Shown here piece after piece: positions 11,707-24,501 of a stretch of DNA of 64,000 bases. Under the pieces are notes generated by a model that was not told where the DNA came from, searched no databases, and was given only the letters and a program-made list of their open reading frames with translations. The stretch comes from Neoconidiobolus thromboides FSU 785. Taxonomy: Eukaryota; Fungi; Entomophthoromycota. Location of the stretch: assembly GCA_025603075.1 (NCBI GenBank), contig MU626333.1, positions 29,239 through 93,238 on the forward strand. The letters run 5' to 3'. How positions within the stretch are numbered: the first letter of the stretch is position 1; the number at the start of each line of letters is the position of its first letter. The position numbers and the translations under genes are program-made.

Positions 11707-12916
11707 CTGAAACTTAATATAGAATGTTATTTATGTTGAAGCATGATAATTTTTGATTATTATTATTAATTTATCATTTTAATTGGATTTTATAATTACT
11801 TATTTATCAATTGTTTATTTATACTTATTCCCATGTAAAATTTTATATTATTATCTATTAAGTATAGATGTGCAAAAAATTATATAAAATGTTCGAGAAC
11901 TAATTGTTATTTCAATAGTAAAAGTCTAATGGATTCAAAAGTAAGTATGAATAATCACACTAGATCGTAAAATAGATTATATATAAAAAATAATAATAAA
12001 ATTAGATCTAAACGTCAAAATTATTATCATTTAGAGTTGAACTTATTATTAAAATAGTTTGTATTAAAAAAAAGTGTAGGTTAAGCTATCTAATGTATAA
12101 AAAAAGGTATTCATATTATTGTTTTATATTTAATACTAATATGCTCTAGTTTATTAATTAAAATTATTATGTTTATGTAGATAACTTTGATTTTATTATT
12201 AATAAATATATTTAAAGAAATTATTAATAAATATATTTAAAGAAATTAATCTTAATATATATTAATTATAATTATAAACAAAAATTTACAATAACATCTA
12301 TTTCAATTTCAAAAACAGCTATAAATCCTAACATATTCATACTACAAACTTTAACTTGCTATTTCAAAAATACAATAATTTCATCATAATAAACATTAAT
12401 TAAAAAAGATGAAGCTAAAAAGAGGTTAACTTTCATTACAATATGGTCAAAATCTGTTAAGACAAGTAAGGAGATTAAAATAGAATTGTTGTTGCAGATC
12501 TTTCTTTTGACTAGGGGAATTTTCAATTTGGTAGAGATCTGATTTAAATACCCATTATTCGAAGACTTGTTTTTAATCGCTATCCTCGTATAACTTATAA
12601 AAATTATACATATTTGATATGTTAACTCTAATTTCAAGTATTTTAAAACTTTGTTAAGTATATCAAGTAATTCAATTTTGATTAAATTGGTCATACAAAT
12701 TTTATTTAATATTAGCCAAATGTTTTTTATTTAAATTCATATAAGATTTATGATCTATTTGTAAATGTTCCTATATTGAATAAATTTAAAAACTTGTTTA
12801 AAGAAAAGACTTTTATAGTAGTTTATGTATAAAAAACGCGAAATCAGTATGTGAATGCCGTTTTAGATATTTTGTTCACTTTTTATCTAGCATAAAATTT
12901 TAAATAAACACGATTA

Positions 12917-13009
12917 GGGGATGTTTTTGGTTTCAGTATTTTTCTATTTTCTAAAGACTATCTGAGTGAAGATTGTTAGTAAAATTCCTAAACAAAAAAA
13001 TACATTCTC
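12917..13009 (+). mobile_element. MITE family A copy
   Basis: GGGGATGT...ACATTCTC; TSD ATTA/ATTA. Confidence 0.85.
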
Positions 13010-14128
13010 ATTAAATGCTGAAACAAGAACGATATTTGTATGGTTTTTTATTTATTTTTCTTAAACATAACAAAAATCAATTCTAGGAATAATACTCGGT
13101 ATTTATTTACAATATAAATATATTGAAATCGGAAAATAATTGTACATTGAGTTCCAATTTTTCCATATTAAAATAACACATGTAAATGTTTTTACTTATA
13201 AATTTGATCAATGATTTTTTTAAATTTAAGTAGTAAAAATGAACAAAGCTGTCAAGAGAAAAAGATACAGCTATATATATAAATAATATAAGTTTTAAGA
13301 AAGTTTACTATTTGTTTTCGACAACTTTTGAACTCTTTAAGAATAACAAACACCATTAAACCCACTTTTCTGACTTATTGTACGTTCCAATCTTTAATAT
13401 TCACATTAATGTCTAAAGGTAGTAATTAAAGATCATTATTTTAAAACTAGAACATTATATGGTTCTCCAATTGTGAATCAAATACTATTATAAATTTATT
13501 TTAAGGAATGACGGATGAACCCTGTTGTTGTAGAGCCGAATTGAAATGCTAATAAAAAAGTCATTAATATGAGAATAACGCAACATAAAGAATGATTTCA
13601 ATATGATGTATGTATACACTAAGTTCAATTATTATGTAATGTTGAGTTCGAAAAAGTTAAATTGGTTATACTTTTGTCTATTTTTTATTTATGGAAGTGA
13701 CATTAACTCCATTCCTACTGTTTTCTAAATCTGTTAATATGGTTTTATTTATTGAATTCAATTCTTAAAGTTGTGCACCACAGCAAAGGAAATCTGAAAC
13801 CAGTCCAATTACTCTTTGTTTTCCAGGGTGAAGAGCTACTTATACATACTATATTTAGACAAATCTACTCTGAATGGGAATCAGATTCATGAATCCAATC
13901 ATATTTTATATGCAAATGAAATGCGAAAATTGATTGGAATGCTCATCATTGACACAATGCACAAAGAATGATTAAAAATAAATACAATTAGGGAATACGT
14001 AAAAACAGCTGACTAAAAATCTCACTTTCAATCCCGAGGAAAAGGATTATGTGAAAATGTATATAAATACTTTAAAATCACACATTTATTATTAAATCTT
14101 AACAAATTTTATCTTTTTTTTTTAAATT

Positions 14129-14989
14129 ATGGCTGGAGCAGACAAAGAATTTAGTATGGATATTGATGTAGCTGGAGCAAATGATTTTAAAGCAGCTAAA
14201 CGTACTGGCTATGCTGGTTTCAGATATCGTTATCGTGAATATTTAGCTGAATTTTTAGGTACAACTGTACTTTTATTATTTGGAAATGGTGTATGCGCAC
14301 AAGTTACTTTTAATGATGCCGCTAAAGGATCAAGTTATTTAAGTATCAATTTTGGTTGGGCTTTTGCTGTTATGCTTGGTATTTTCGTTTCTGGACCTAT
14401 TTCTGGTGCTCATATTAATCCAGCAGTTACTATTAGTAACGCTATTCATGGAAAATTCCCATGGAGAAAAGTACCAGGTTTTGTAGCTGCTCAAATCCTT
14501 GGTGCTATCCTTGGGGCCGCCCTTGTCTTTCTTATGTATTGGCCAGCCTTTAATAAGTTTGATGGCGGTGTACGTCAAACTTTAGGTGATCAAGCTACTG
14601 CTGGTATTTTTGCTACTTACCCTTACCCAACCAGTCCAATTTGGAATTGTTTTCTTACTGAAATTGTTAATACTGCTGCTATGATGATCTGTATTTGTGG
14701 TATCAATGACCCACGTCATAAAATTCCATCATGGATGGGTGCCTTAGCAGTTGGACTTTTAATTGGTGCCATTGGTATTTCTATTGGTCTTATGACTGGC
14801 TATGCTATGAATCCTGCTCGTGATTTTGGTCCTCGTTTCTTTACTCTTATGGCAGGATGGGGAACTGAACCATTTACTGCTTATAATTATTATTTCTGGA
14901 ATCCTATTGTTGCCCCAATAGTAGGAGCCACTCTTGGTATCTTCCTTTACGATGTATTCATCTCACCCGCTGAGCTTGATGACGAATAG
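14129..14989 (+). CDS. Aquaglyceroporin (MIP family, GlpF/AQP3-like), 286 aa
   Basis: Two NPA boxes (GAHINPAVT, GYAMNPARDFGPR; D after the second NPA marks glycerol facilitators), GIFATYP motif, six TM segments; intronless. Confidence 0.95.
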   Translation: MAGADKEFSMDIDVAGANDFKAAKRTGYAGFRYRYREYLAEFLGTTVLLLFGNGVCAQVTFNDAAKGSSYLSINFGWAFAVMLGIFVSGPISGAHINPAVTISNAIHGKFPWRKVPGFVAAQILGAILGAALVFLMYWPAFNKFDGGVRQTLGDQATAGIFATYPYPTSPIWNCFLTEIVNTAAMMICICGINDPRHKIPSWMGALAVGLLIGAIGISIGLMTGYAMNPARDFGPRFFTLMAGWGTEPFTAYNYYFWNPIVAPIVGATLGIFLYDVFISPAELDDE

Positions 14990-16702
14990 ATTTTCTTCTA
15001 AACTGAGTTTAGTTTGGAGCAAAAGTTCCACAAAACAATTTTAATTAATTCTCACGAGTATTTAAATAAACCTTTATTATTTCAGACTTCTAATATTGAG
15101 TTAAATAAATTATTGTACAAATTAACTTATTTTTGATTTTATTAGAGATGTATTTTATGGATATTTTATAGAATGCCTATTGAAATGAAAAAAATTAGTT
15201 AAGTTTGGGTTAAAATTAAAGGATATTTACAGGCTAAGGATTGTCCCATGAGGTCAAATATAGGTCCTAACTCAGTAAATAGAAACGCCCATATGCTTTG
15301 GGAGAGGATTCCTTAAACCGACTAATAGTAAATTATATTAAAAATCTAGAATACAATGCATATATATTAATAAACGTTCAAACAACTTTAATAAAAAAAT
15401 ATCAAAAAAATATTGTAAAATCCATTTTTAATACAAACCTTAGTTATGACAAATATGATAATACACTTGTTCGTTGCTAATTGAGCATCTGATCTTTCAT
15501 GATTTCAACATAAGACTTCTAATAATCTGGATAATCTTTAACATAACATTGAGCCGACAAAGCTTATGCTATTTAATTTCAATATAATATGTAAGAGCAT
15601 AATTTGTGATTCAATTCAGTAATTGACTTATTTCCTTAATGCGTTTATTTTTAGAGTTAATTAAATTTTAAAGTTTTAGTTTATTTGTAGTTTTTTATGA
15701 AACAATGAGAATATTATTTTCCAAAGTCCATTCTTTTTTAGAAATCAAAAGACCAAGGCCCCAAGTAGTTTATTTCAATGGAAAAGAAGACAAAACCTTA
15801 AAAGTTAAAGAATTAATTTTACGTTTTCCTGATTTGGAGTTATGTATGTAAAAAAAAGCTATTTGGCGTGAAAACTCATTAAGCAGTTTTCAAAATTAAA
15901 TTTGTTTTCTTAATTAAAGCTTGTTTTCTAATATTTGTCAATTTTAACCCAACAATGCTTGAACTCAATTATATTAAATGGTTTAAAGAATATAAATATA
16001 TAATATAAAAAGTAGACTAAAAGAAAGGATTAATATGTAAAGTTTATTATATCACAGAGAATATAAGCATATAAGCATATAAGCTTTTGTTAGAGATATG
16101 TTATTATAGTTAGAGATGGAAATCATTTTTATAAAAATTAATTGAATAAAAGGCAAATCTTAAAGAAAATTATTTAATTTCATGAAAAAGATTATAGATT
16201 ATTTAAACTTTTTCAGTGCCATAATAAATAAGATACGAATTTAAATCTACAAACTATCTTTAGAGCATTTCCAATATTTACTTGTAGCTTTAAGGCTATT
16301 TTATTGCTTTAGTAGCTTATTCAATTACTCTTAATATTAGAAAACAGTTAGTTTTAGAAACAAGAACCCACTTTTGTGATCATAATTGAAACTAAGTACA
16401 TGTATCATTTAATATTAATATAATTTATTAATACTAGTAATTATTACATAATATTAATATATTGCTAGAATATATAATATTAATTATTCAACTTAAAGAC
16501 ATGAACATTTTCAATTTTATGTTTTCTGACATTAATCATCACAATTTTTTCTATTTTTGAATTTAATGAAAACAGAAATTAAAATGCCCATATTATGTTT
16601 AAATTGAATCAGCAATATGTACTTATTTTTTAGTATTTTCATAATATAAACTTTAAAAAATAAATTAATAGATAGTGATTAATTTAGTTATTACGACTAC
16701 AT

Positions 16703-16800
16703 GGGGCTGTTTTTTTTGGTTTCATTATTTTTCCATCTTTTAAGTACTATTTGAGTGGAAAGATTGTAGTAAAATTCTCAAACAAAAAAAACACATCCCC
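16703..16800 (+). mobile_element. MITE family A copy
   Basis: GGGGCTGT...ACATCCCC; flanks ACAT/ATAT. Confidence 0.88.
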
Positions 16801-17713
16801 ATATATTAAAAACCGCTTGGTATTTAATTAACTAAATTTATTCTTAATATTTAGAACATAGGATATTCTAAAATTTAAAATATTTATACTATTTTTATAA
16901 ATTATAATAAACAAATCGATAAACGATTAAAATACAAAAGTTAGATATCTACTTAATATGGTAAATTATAGCATATTTAAAAATTAGATTAAAAAATCAA
17001 ATTAGTTATACCTTTGTACTTTAAATGGTACAAGGAGACTTCTATTTAGCATAAGGGATATTGAGTAGAAGTCCTCGAGATGCAGGTTATTTCAGTGATC
17101 CCGTGAGTTAAGAGTGGAGTGGTTTTGTGTTATTTAATCTTGTAATAGTCAGGGAATCATATTAGACATTATTTAATTTACATAGTCTTATCATTTATTT
17201 ATACTGAGTCATCAATTAAAAGGTAAAGTACTTATATTAGTGACTTTCTCCTGTACTAGTCTTATATTTGAAAGACTGAATAACTAATACTATCTCAGCC
17301 CTAGTTGGTCAAGTCCTATTTAACAATGAATTTATTAAAATATAATTTCTTATAATTTACAATATTAATGTACCAAAAAGATAAGCAAAAATTCGAAAAT
17401 TTACAGACTAGTTGATACAATAACAGTGTGTTCAATTCCAGATTGTTTTAATTTAATAGTAATTTGTGTTATTGTTGCTATACAAAAGAAAACGAGCTAA
17501 ATTATAATTAAGAAGCTACAGTGCTTATTTTTATTAAATCTAATAAAAATTATTATTGTATTAAAAAAACAAACTTGAACTAGTTAAAACTAGTAGTTAG
17601 TGGGTTATTGTAGTACGAATATTACTGAAAACAGCTCCTAATACTCAAGAAATCTTTTATCTATAACTATAACAAAACTAATAATTAAACAACAATATTG
17701 AAAAAGATTATAT

Positions 17714-17806
17714 GGAATTGTATCTTTTTGTTTGAGAATTCTACTAGCAGCTTTTCCACTCAAATAGCGCTTAAAATGGAAAAATAATGAAACCAAAAAA
17801 CACCCT
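17714..17806 (-). mobile_element. MITE family A copy
   Basis: Reverse complement of consensus; ends decayed. Confidence 0.75.
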
Positions 17807-17977
17807 TACTTATTTAACCCATCAAATTCTTTCCTTGATTTAAACAGACATATTCAGCTTACTTGTGTGAAATTACATTGTTGCTAGTTAATGTAAAAAA
17901 ATTTCTTATTGTAGTTGAAAACCTTTAAATACAACTAACAGAGAAAAGGTATAAGAAAATATTCTCAAAAGGGAATT

Positions 17978-18049
17978 GGCTAGCTGGCGCAATGGTAGCG
18001 CGTTGGACTCCAGATCTAGAGGTTAGAGGTTCGACTCCTCTGCTGGTCA
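17978..18049 (+). tRNA. tRNA-Trp(CCA)
   Basis: Cloverleaf: acceptor GGCTAGC/GCTGGTC, D-arm GCGC-AATGGTA-GCGC (A box), anticodon loop CT-CCA-GA, T-loop GTTCGAC (B box), discriminator A, downstream TTTTT Pol III terminator; several G-U pairs. Confidence 0.88.
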
Positions 18050-18246
18050 GAATTTTTAGTAATTGCTCTTTTAATATCAAAACAAACATTTTTCTTATCT
18101 AAGTTGGATTTGAAATATACCCAATTTAAATGATTAAAGAAATTAGAGATTGAGATTTAATTTTCATCATGTAAGAATCAAAATAGAAAAAAAGTAGATT
18201 ATATTTAATCATTTCTTTAAGTATATCTACTAATTGATTATTATAT

Positions 18247-20610
18247 GGAGTTGTCCAAATTGATTTTAGAAATTAATCCAAATTTTAAGTTTTTAAATTT
18301 GCATCTTTAATGTGACGGTTAAATCTAAAAAGCCCAAAATTAAATCTCTTTATTTAAAACTTATTTTAATTGTTTCCTTTTCTTAAATAGTTAATTTTTC
18401 TAACTATATGTTTTATGTTATTTCTGTTGAATATTTAATAAATATATAGTATATAACTATGTAATTGTATAAATAGAGTTATTTGACTTTATTTTTTGTT
18501 GAAATAAAAATAAAATGCAAACTTTCATAACTAAATTTCGAAATGGAATTTTGGAAAATTTCAATACAATAGGGAGGAGTACACAATATAAACATTGTAA
18601 TTCATTTATATCAATTTTGAGAGCTACTTACAACAACCTAAGGTTTATGGAATTTTATAACAAAACGAACTAAAGAAAAGATATATTATCAAAGTTTACT
18701 ATCGATAGTAATAAACTTAATCAAGCAATGTATAAAATTAGTGCTTTAAGGAAAACAGGAAATAAAAATCAACAGGTAGCATTATCATTAACTATAGCTT
18801 TAGTATATTCTTTTGATGAATGTAAAGGTATTGGGTTTAATATAAATAGAAATCAATATGATTATTCAAAAATAAGTAATAATAATAAAATATCAACATT
18901 ACAACCTATTATTAAAAATACAAAAAAAAAAGATAAGTAAATTGAAACCACTGTACAATATTTACTAAATGATTCGACTATTTCATCAAGATTCAATAAA
19001 AATAATAATGATAGTAAATATATCAGATAATATATATATTGAATAAAAGTAGAAGAATGATACGTAGTAAACATTCTAATGATTTGAAAGATAAAGCAGT
19101 AGCTAGATCGACATTTTTTAAATATATACCAAGTAATTTCAAAAATGCAGCAAGAAAAACAGATCTATGTAATACATGTAATCAGTATATAGTTAGAAAA
19201 AAGTTATCTGAAAATAAAATAAATACAGCGATAGAAAACGAAGCAGAGATAGAAGAAATTTTCAACGAATAAGAAAAATTATAAAAATGATAAAAATTCT
19301 GTGTTGATACTTAAAAAAACATATTTAATGAAACTATTAAAAAATTGGACAATAAGAGTTGTATAATAATTTTAGATTTTAAACAAAATATGGAAATAGG
19401 AACAAGACCAGATTCAATAAATTTAGACCATTATGATAAACAAGGTATATCAGTATTAGGCTTTGGTGTTTTATATTTAAAAGGTGATAAAGCAATAGGC
19501 AAAGTTTACTTTGATTATTTATCTGAAATACTAAATCATGATTCAGCATATGCAGGAGATTGTTTAATTGATTTAATCTCTACAGAGCTTTTATTTAAAA
19601 AGTTTACAAAAATTGATATATGAGCAGATACACGAAATCATTTTAAGTCTCAAGAGTTTCTATATTATATATTTAAACAAGTCTCTAAAATAAATAGTAG
19701 TTTAAATATTGATGTTAATTTTTTTGCTGAATATCATGGAAAAAGTATAGTTGATGGACATTTTGGAAACCTTTTAAAATGGAAAAGTAGTTTTAAAGCA
19801 TTAAGTAAAATAGAAATATTAATCAATTAATTTCAAGATTTGAAACTTTTATTTGTGAACATAAAATTAATAACTCGACTGTTAATAATGGGAAAACAGA
19901 TGTAATTTTTAAAAAGTATGAAGGAAACAAAAATAACAAAAGAATAATGGAAATACGGGGCATTAAGAAGTACTTAGATTTTATTAAACATAGCAACAAA
20001 CTACATTGTCATTCAGTATCTGATACATAAAAAAAGCGATATAGTTCCACTTAAAGTTATAGAGTCTATGAAAAATAGAAAAATTAAAAGATCAATCCTA
20101 GCTTACCTTACAAAGATAACAGAGAATCTAAAAATTTCGATATTTACTAAGCAAGTAAGCAGTTTGTTGAATAATAGAAATAGATTATTAAATGTTACTA
20201 TTACTTAAGTTATTAATAGCTAAGTTAATAAATAGTCAAAGAACAAGTAATTATAATAATGTGTAAAAACTATTGTTATATTACTTGTACTATATAGGGA
20301 TGGTTAATTATAGTTTTGGGACTAACCACTCCCTCCCATATAGCTATTTATTAACTTGGCAATATATTAATAATGTAATTATAACATTAAAATAGTTTAT
20401 TTATTTGATAACAAATCTACAATATTAGTTATAAAGTAGTCAATAATAAACATTTCTCAATAAAATTTCATGACAATATGTATTTAAGATCTATTAAAAA
20501 TTCAGCTAACTTGCAGTATAAACTAGAATAGAATGATTTAGAACTGTGTCTGGATACTCTTGTTTTAATAAAAAATTGGATAAAATAATAAAACTAATTC
20601 AGACAACCCC
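18247..20610 (+). mobile_element. Decayed Sola-like DNA transposon (~2.36 kb) with transposase pseudogene
   Basis: Imperfect TIRs GGAGTTGTCCAAATT / AATTCAGACAACCCC with 4-bp TSD ATAT/ATAT. Interrupted ORF (18728-~20150) with KTDLCNTC, IIILDFKQN, (W>stop)ADTRNHFKS and FFAEYHGKSIVDGHFG motifs, i.e. a DDD/E-type core. Superfamily assignment inferred from motifs, G-rich ends and the 4-bp TSD. Confidence 0.72.
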
Positions 20611-20653
20611 ATATATTGTATGTCATTTTGGACTATAAAAATATGACAAAAAC

Positions 20654-20698
20654 TGATTCCAGATATAAACATTAGGGATTCGACTCCTTGTCTAGTTG
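20654..20698 (+). pseudogene. Degenerate 3' half of tRNA-Trp
   Basis: Ungapped match of about 31/45 nt (manual count) to the 3' part of the tRNA at 17978-18049, including TCCAGAT and TTCGACTCCT, followed by a T-run; no recognisable 5' half. Confidence 0.55.
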
Positions 20699-21503
20699 CT
20701 ATTTTTGTAATTTTTTCTTGGTATAAAGACTATATTATCTATCATAAAATAACAATGTAATATCTTTCACTGCAGTAGTAGCAAGCAAATATCCTGATAA
20801 AATATCCGTTTTTGGGTAAAATGAATTTCATCCAACCAACAATTGATTTAATTATAAATGCAGCTACAGATAATGTTTAAAGGACAATGTTTCAAATGAT
20901 TTTAATTAAAATCCATACTGATATTGTTAGAAAACTAAAGCTAGTTTTAGGTTCAAAGTTAGTATTATTCTTTCATATTGCAATTTTATTTTCTATTTGT
21001 GACGTATTTTTAATGGTATAGAGATAAATTACCATCAAAAGTGGATTTATCTGGACACTAATTTACTTCCTTTTTTATTCTGTTATTTGTCTGTCTTTGT
21101 ACAAAATAAAGTCTTCATTATTAGTTAAACACTGAAGCAAAAAAAGACATTTATATTTGGTAATTATAATAAATGTCTAATGTTTTGGGAATATTTAAAC
21201 TACTATTTTATACGATAACCTAAGGATTTTAGCTATGTAATACAAAACAATATTCAAAGTTAGTAAAGTGGTAAAGTTGAAGCTTGTTTATTTTTCAAGT
21301 AATTGAAATATGTTTAATTTTACAATAATAATTATTACAACTCATTTTAACAATAAAATTTAATACCAAACTTATATACTTAAGACAGCGTCACGATAAC
21401 TATTAGTAATACATTAACTCAATCACTTTAATTAAGTACATTTCGTCACTCAATTTTGTTTTTTTTTTGATAGGAAATTATCAATAATTTATCATACTCT
21501 GCT

Positions 21504-23331
21504 TTAATTTTCCATAAAGCTGGTAATTTTGACTGAAAAAGATTCATCACTATTTGATTTTGAGCTAATGGGTAACAAAGGCAACGAAGGTGGAGGAGAA
21601 TGATAGTTCAATTCTTCATCCCTACGGCAAAACAAAGCTGACCAATATTTAAGGTATCTGGTATCAGCAATAATACTTTTATTATTATCAATATCAGTTG
21701 AATAAATTGGATTAATGTATTGATCTTTATCCGACATGATTTTCGACCAAATCGAATACGTGCTATTAAATAAATTAGGTTGCTGTTTTAAGTCCTGTTC
21801 TCTATCAAATAAAAAGTTAGCAAATTGACAAGAATAAGTATGTTGATATAAATGTATCAAAAACTTTTCATTAAATTCAAACATGGTTGGATTCTGTGTC
21901 CAAAGTTGATACGTACAGTCTAAAAATTGATGAAAAATTGGGCTTGTTTCTTTATCCTGTTCCGGTTTAGCTGAAGCATATTGATAAAACTTATTTTGCA
22001 TATTGGAAAGCAAACTTGGGCTACTAGTATGATTCAATTGAATAGAAGAATTATCTACAAATGCTTTGCTTTTTGTCAAATGCCCACATCGACTACGAAA
22101 TTTATATCCAAAACTTATCCAGTCCTTTTCAATTAATATACAAAACCCTTTTATAGTGCGATAAAAGGGATCCAGGCATAGCGCAGAAAGTGAAGTGATT
22201 TGGGCTGTACGATCCCAGCCATCGGAACAATGTACAACAACGTGAGAATCTAATTCATCAACATGCTTTATTACTTGGTTAGTAGCGTCCATTATTGTTC
22301 GAATATGCTTAAGCCAATTGCTTTTGGTTAATTGTATTCTACTAATGACTCCTTTCCCATCTGCAATGCAAATAGCTTCATTTAATTTATTAAGTGATTC
22401 CCTTACTACATGTATATTTTCTATACCCATGAACTCTCTTTTACAGTTGGGATAAAAGTCCATATTCTCCGAACCTGCACCAATAGCTTGATTAGCCATA
22501 GCATTAACCCCAGGTCTTGCATCAACAATAAGGTTATCTTTTGAAGGTTTGGTTTCAAAAATAGCTTGAATTAATCTTTCATCTTGGTACGAGCGATTTT
22601 TTTGAATACCAAGTAGTGGCTGACTACATCTTGTAATAGAAGATCCATTTGGATGTAAATAAGTTAATACTGGAAGTCGACATTTACTTCGATATTTACA
22701 AGCATATTTTAAAACCGCATCACTTACTGATGTTGGGACTACTAAGGTGCTAGGATAAGTAGGGCTAAAATTATAACTAGAATTAATCGTTGTGAATCTC
22801 CAGCTATTGCTGTTTGTTTCTATTCCCATACGTCGGAACTCTTCCATAGGTTCGTAGATCTTCCAGCCCTGTTCACGTTTGAAGGTAAATGGGGTACGAG
22901 GCTCAAAATAAAACGCATAAACACTAGTAATAGCATCTGAAATTATAAAAATATAAAATCAATTTTTCAGAAAAATAGATTAGAGTTTACCTATGCAAGT
23001 TAACTTCTTAATGGAATCAAAAGCGTCTAATACAAGGCTTTGAGATTTAAAAGAAAGTACAAAAAAAAGAAAGTGATGGCATTTAATTTCTAAAGGATAT
23101 TTACCATCATCAGTTAAAGGTAGACATTGTACGGATGAAATCAAAGAATAAGTAACCCATTTTTCTTCATTTGGATGAGAGAAAATGAGATGGTGTGGGG
23201 TTAAATGTAAAGTTCCAATTAGGGTCTCTGAGTGCATTAAAAGACTTACATCATTTACCTTAATATATTTAATTGGAAGTTGTGATTTTCAAATGACTTA
23301 TAGTTACCTTGGTTACTTTTATATGTTCCAT
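21504..23331 (-). CDS. YMR1: Myotubularin-family phosphoinositide 3-phosphatase, 3 exons
   Basis: MEHIKVTK|VNDV...GTLHLTPHHLIF (PH-GRAM), CPTYP-like region (FSPTYPSTLVVP), RCSQPL, DARP, catalytic HCSDGWDRT, EKDWISFGYKF, FEFNEKFL; GT-AG introns. Confidence 0.93.
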
Positions 23332-24141
23332 TATAAAATTAAATTTGCATATATTTGAATAAATAGTTGGCTTAATAATAACAACTTATTTTTATTTATT
23401 TTCCTTTGTCATTAACTAATTTTCAAGTGACAACTGTTGTTTTTATTGGCTTGTTATTGCATTTTGTTCTTTCATTGGATATTTTAGATTTAAGTTGAAG
23501 GGAAAATATTATTATAATTTGATGGTTAACAATAAATCAGGTATATTAAATTTAATATATATAATATAATATAAACTACAATACAAAGGTAGATTAAAGA
23601 TAAAATTATAATGAATCAATAATATATATATATAATATCTTAATAATAGAACGTCTTTAAAAAAGGAGTGAATATGGTCTTACTTAACAGCTTTTATTTT
23701 ATTTATTTGCTTATTAAAATAAAAAACATTTAAAATGAACACTTATTTAAACCTACATATATTTTAATATCAAATAAACTTTGCTGGGTTATTTATATAT
23801 CTAACTAATAAATGGATCATTGATACTAGACCAATAAATTATAAATAAATCAAAAATAAATTAAAAAGTAAAATATACGCATAATGCTTTTGAGTAGATG
23901 ATGAAGAAAGGAGACTGTGTTTTAAATTGTTAACAAATTTAATTAGTATTTTTTAACATTTCAATAGCTCAACTAAATCTTCAATTACACTGTTTCATTA
24001 TCCACCAAAAAATGCTTGATATAAAGGTAAATATCGAAATTAATAATAAAATGTTAATAAGTTAAGCCGGGTATTCTTTTACTCTCATAGCTAATTTACT
24101 GAGTTATATTTTAAAATAATAATAGTAATAGTAACAAATAG

Positions 24142-24148
24142 TATAAAA
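24142..24148 (+). promoter_or_regulatory. TATA box of the peptide genes (equivalents at 26028, 28592, 34212, 38180, 39811, 41116)
   Basis: GTATAAAA(A)G 79-84 bp upstream of the ATG in all seven intact paralogues. Confidence 0.75.
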
Positions 24149-24225
24149 GGCTTGAGTTTTCTAGTAAACAAAATTATAAACAGTCAATACACACATAGTA
24201 ATTTCAAATTAATAATAGTAGAATA

Positions 24226-24501
24226 ATGTTTAAATCCTTTTTACTCTTATTCTTATCCTTATATTTTGTTACTGGCTCCAAAATAATTAAAGCAGGTACT
24301 AAAATAGTTACAGAAGTAGCTAAAGACATGTCTCATCGTTATGTTGTTGGTAAAATGGAAGATCAAACACCAAAGCCAAATACGGATGCACCAAAATTTC
24401 AAATGCCAAAACCTACAAAGCTAGGTGTTGAATATTTTAATGAGTATCAAAAAAAGAGATTTGGAAGAAGTTGGATTAAAAAAATCGTTAAAAGCCTTTA
24501 A
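24226..24501 (+). CDS. Small secreted cationic amphipathic protein, array paralogue 1 (91 aa)
   Basis: Signal peptide MFKSFLLLFLSLYFVTGS; shared KD..HRYVVGK block and C-terminal RSWIKKIVKSL; TATAAAA at 24142. Confidence 0.88.
   Translation: MFKSFLLLFLSLYFVTGSKIIKAGTKIVTEVAKDMSHRYVVGKMEDQTPKPNTDAPKFQMPKPTKLGVEYFNEYQKKRFGRSWIKKIVKSL

Noticed and set aside
12359-12694. 111-aa minus-strand ORF
   Set aside because: No recognisable motif and composition typical of AT-rich noise; cannot be supported as a gene.
14129-14989. Possible bacterial horizontal transfer of the intronless aquaglyceroporin
   Set aside because: GlpF-like aquaglyceroporins are normal in fungi and other genes here are also intronless; a phylogeny would be needed.
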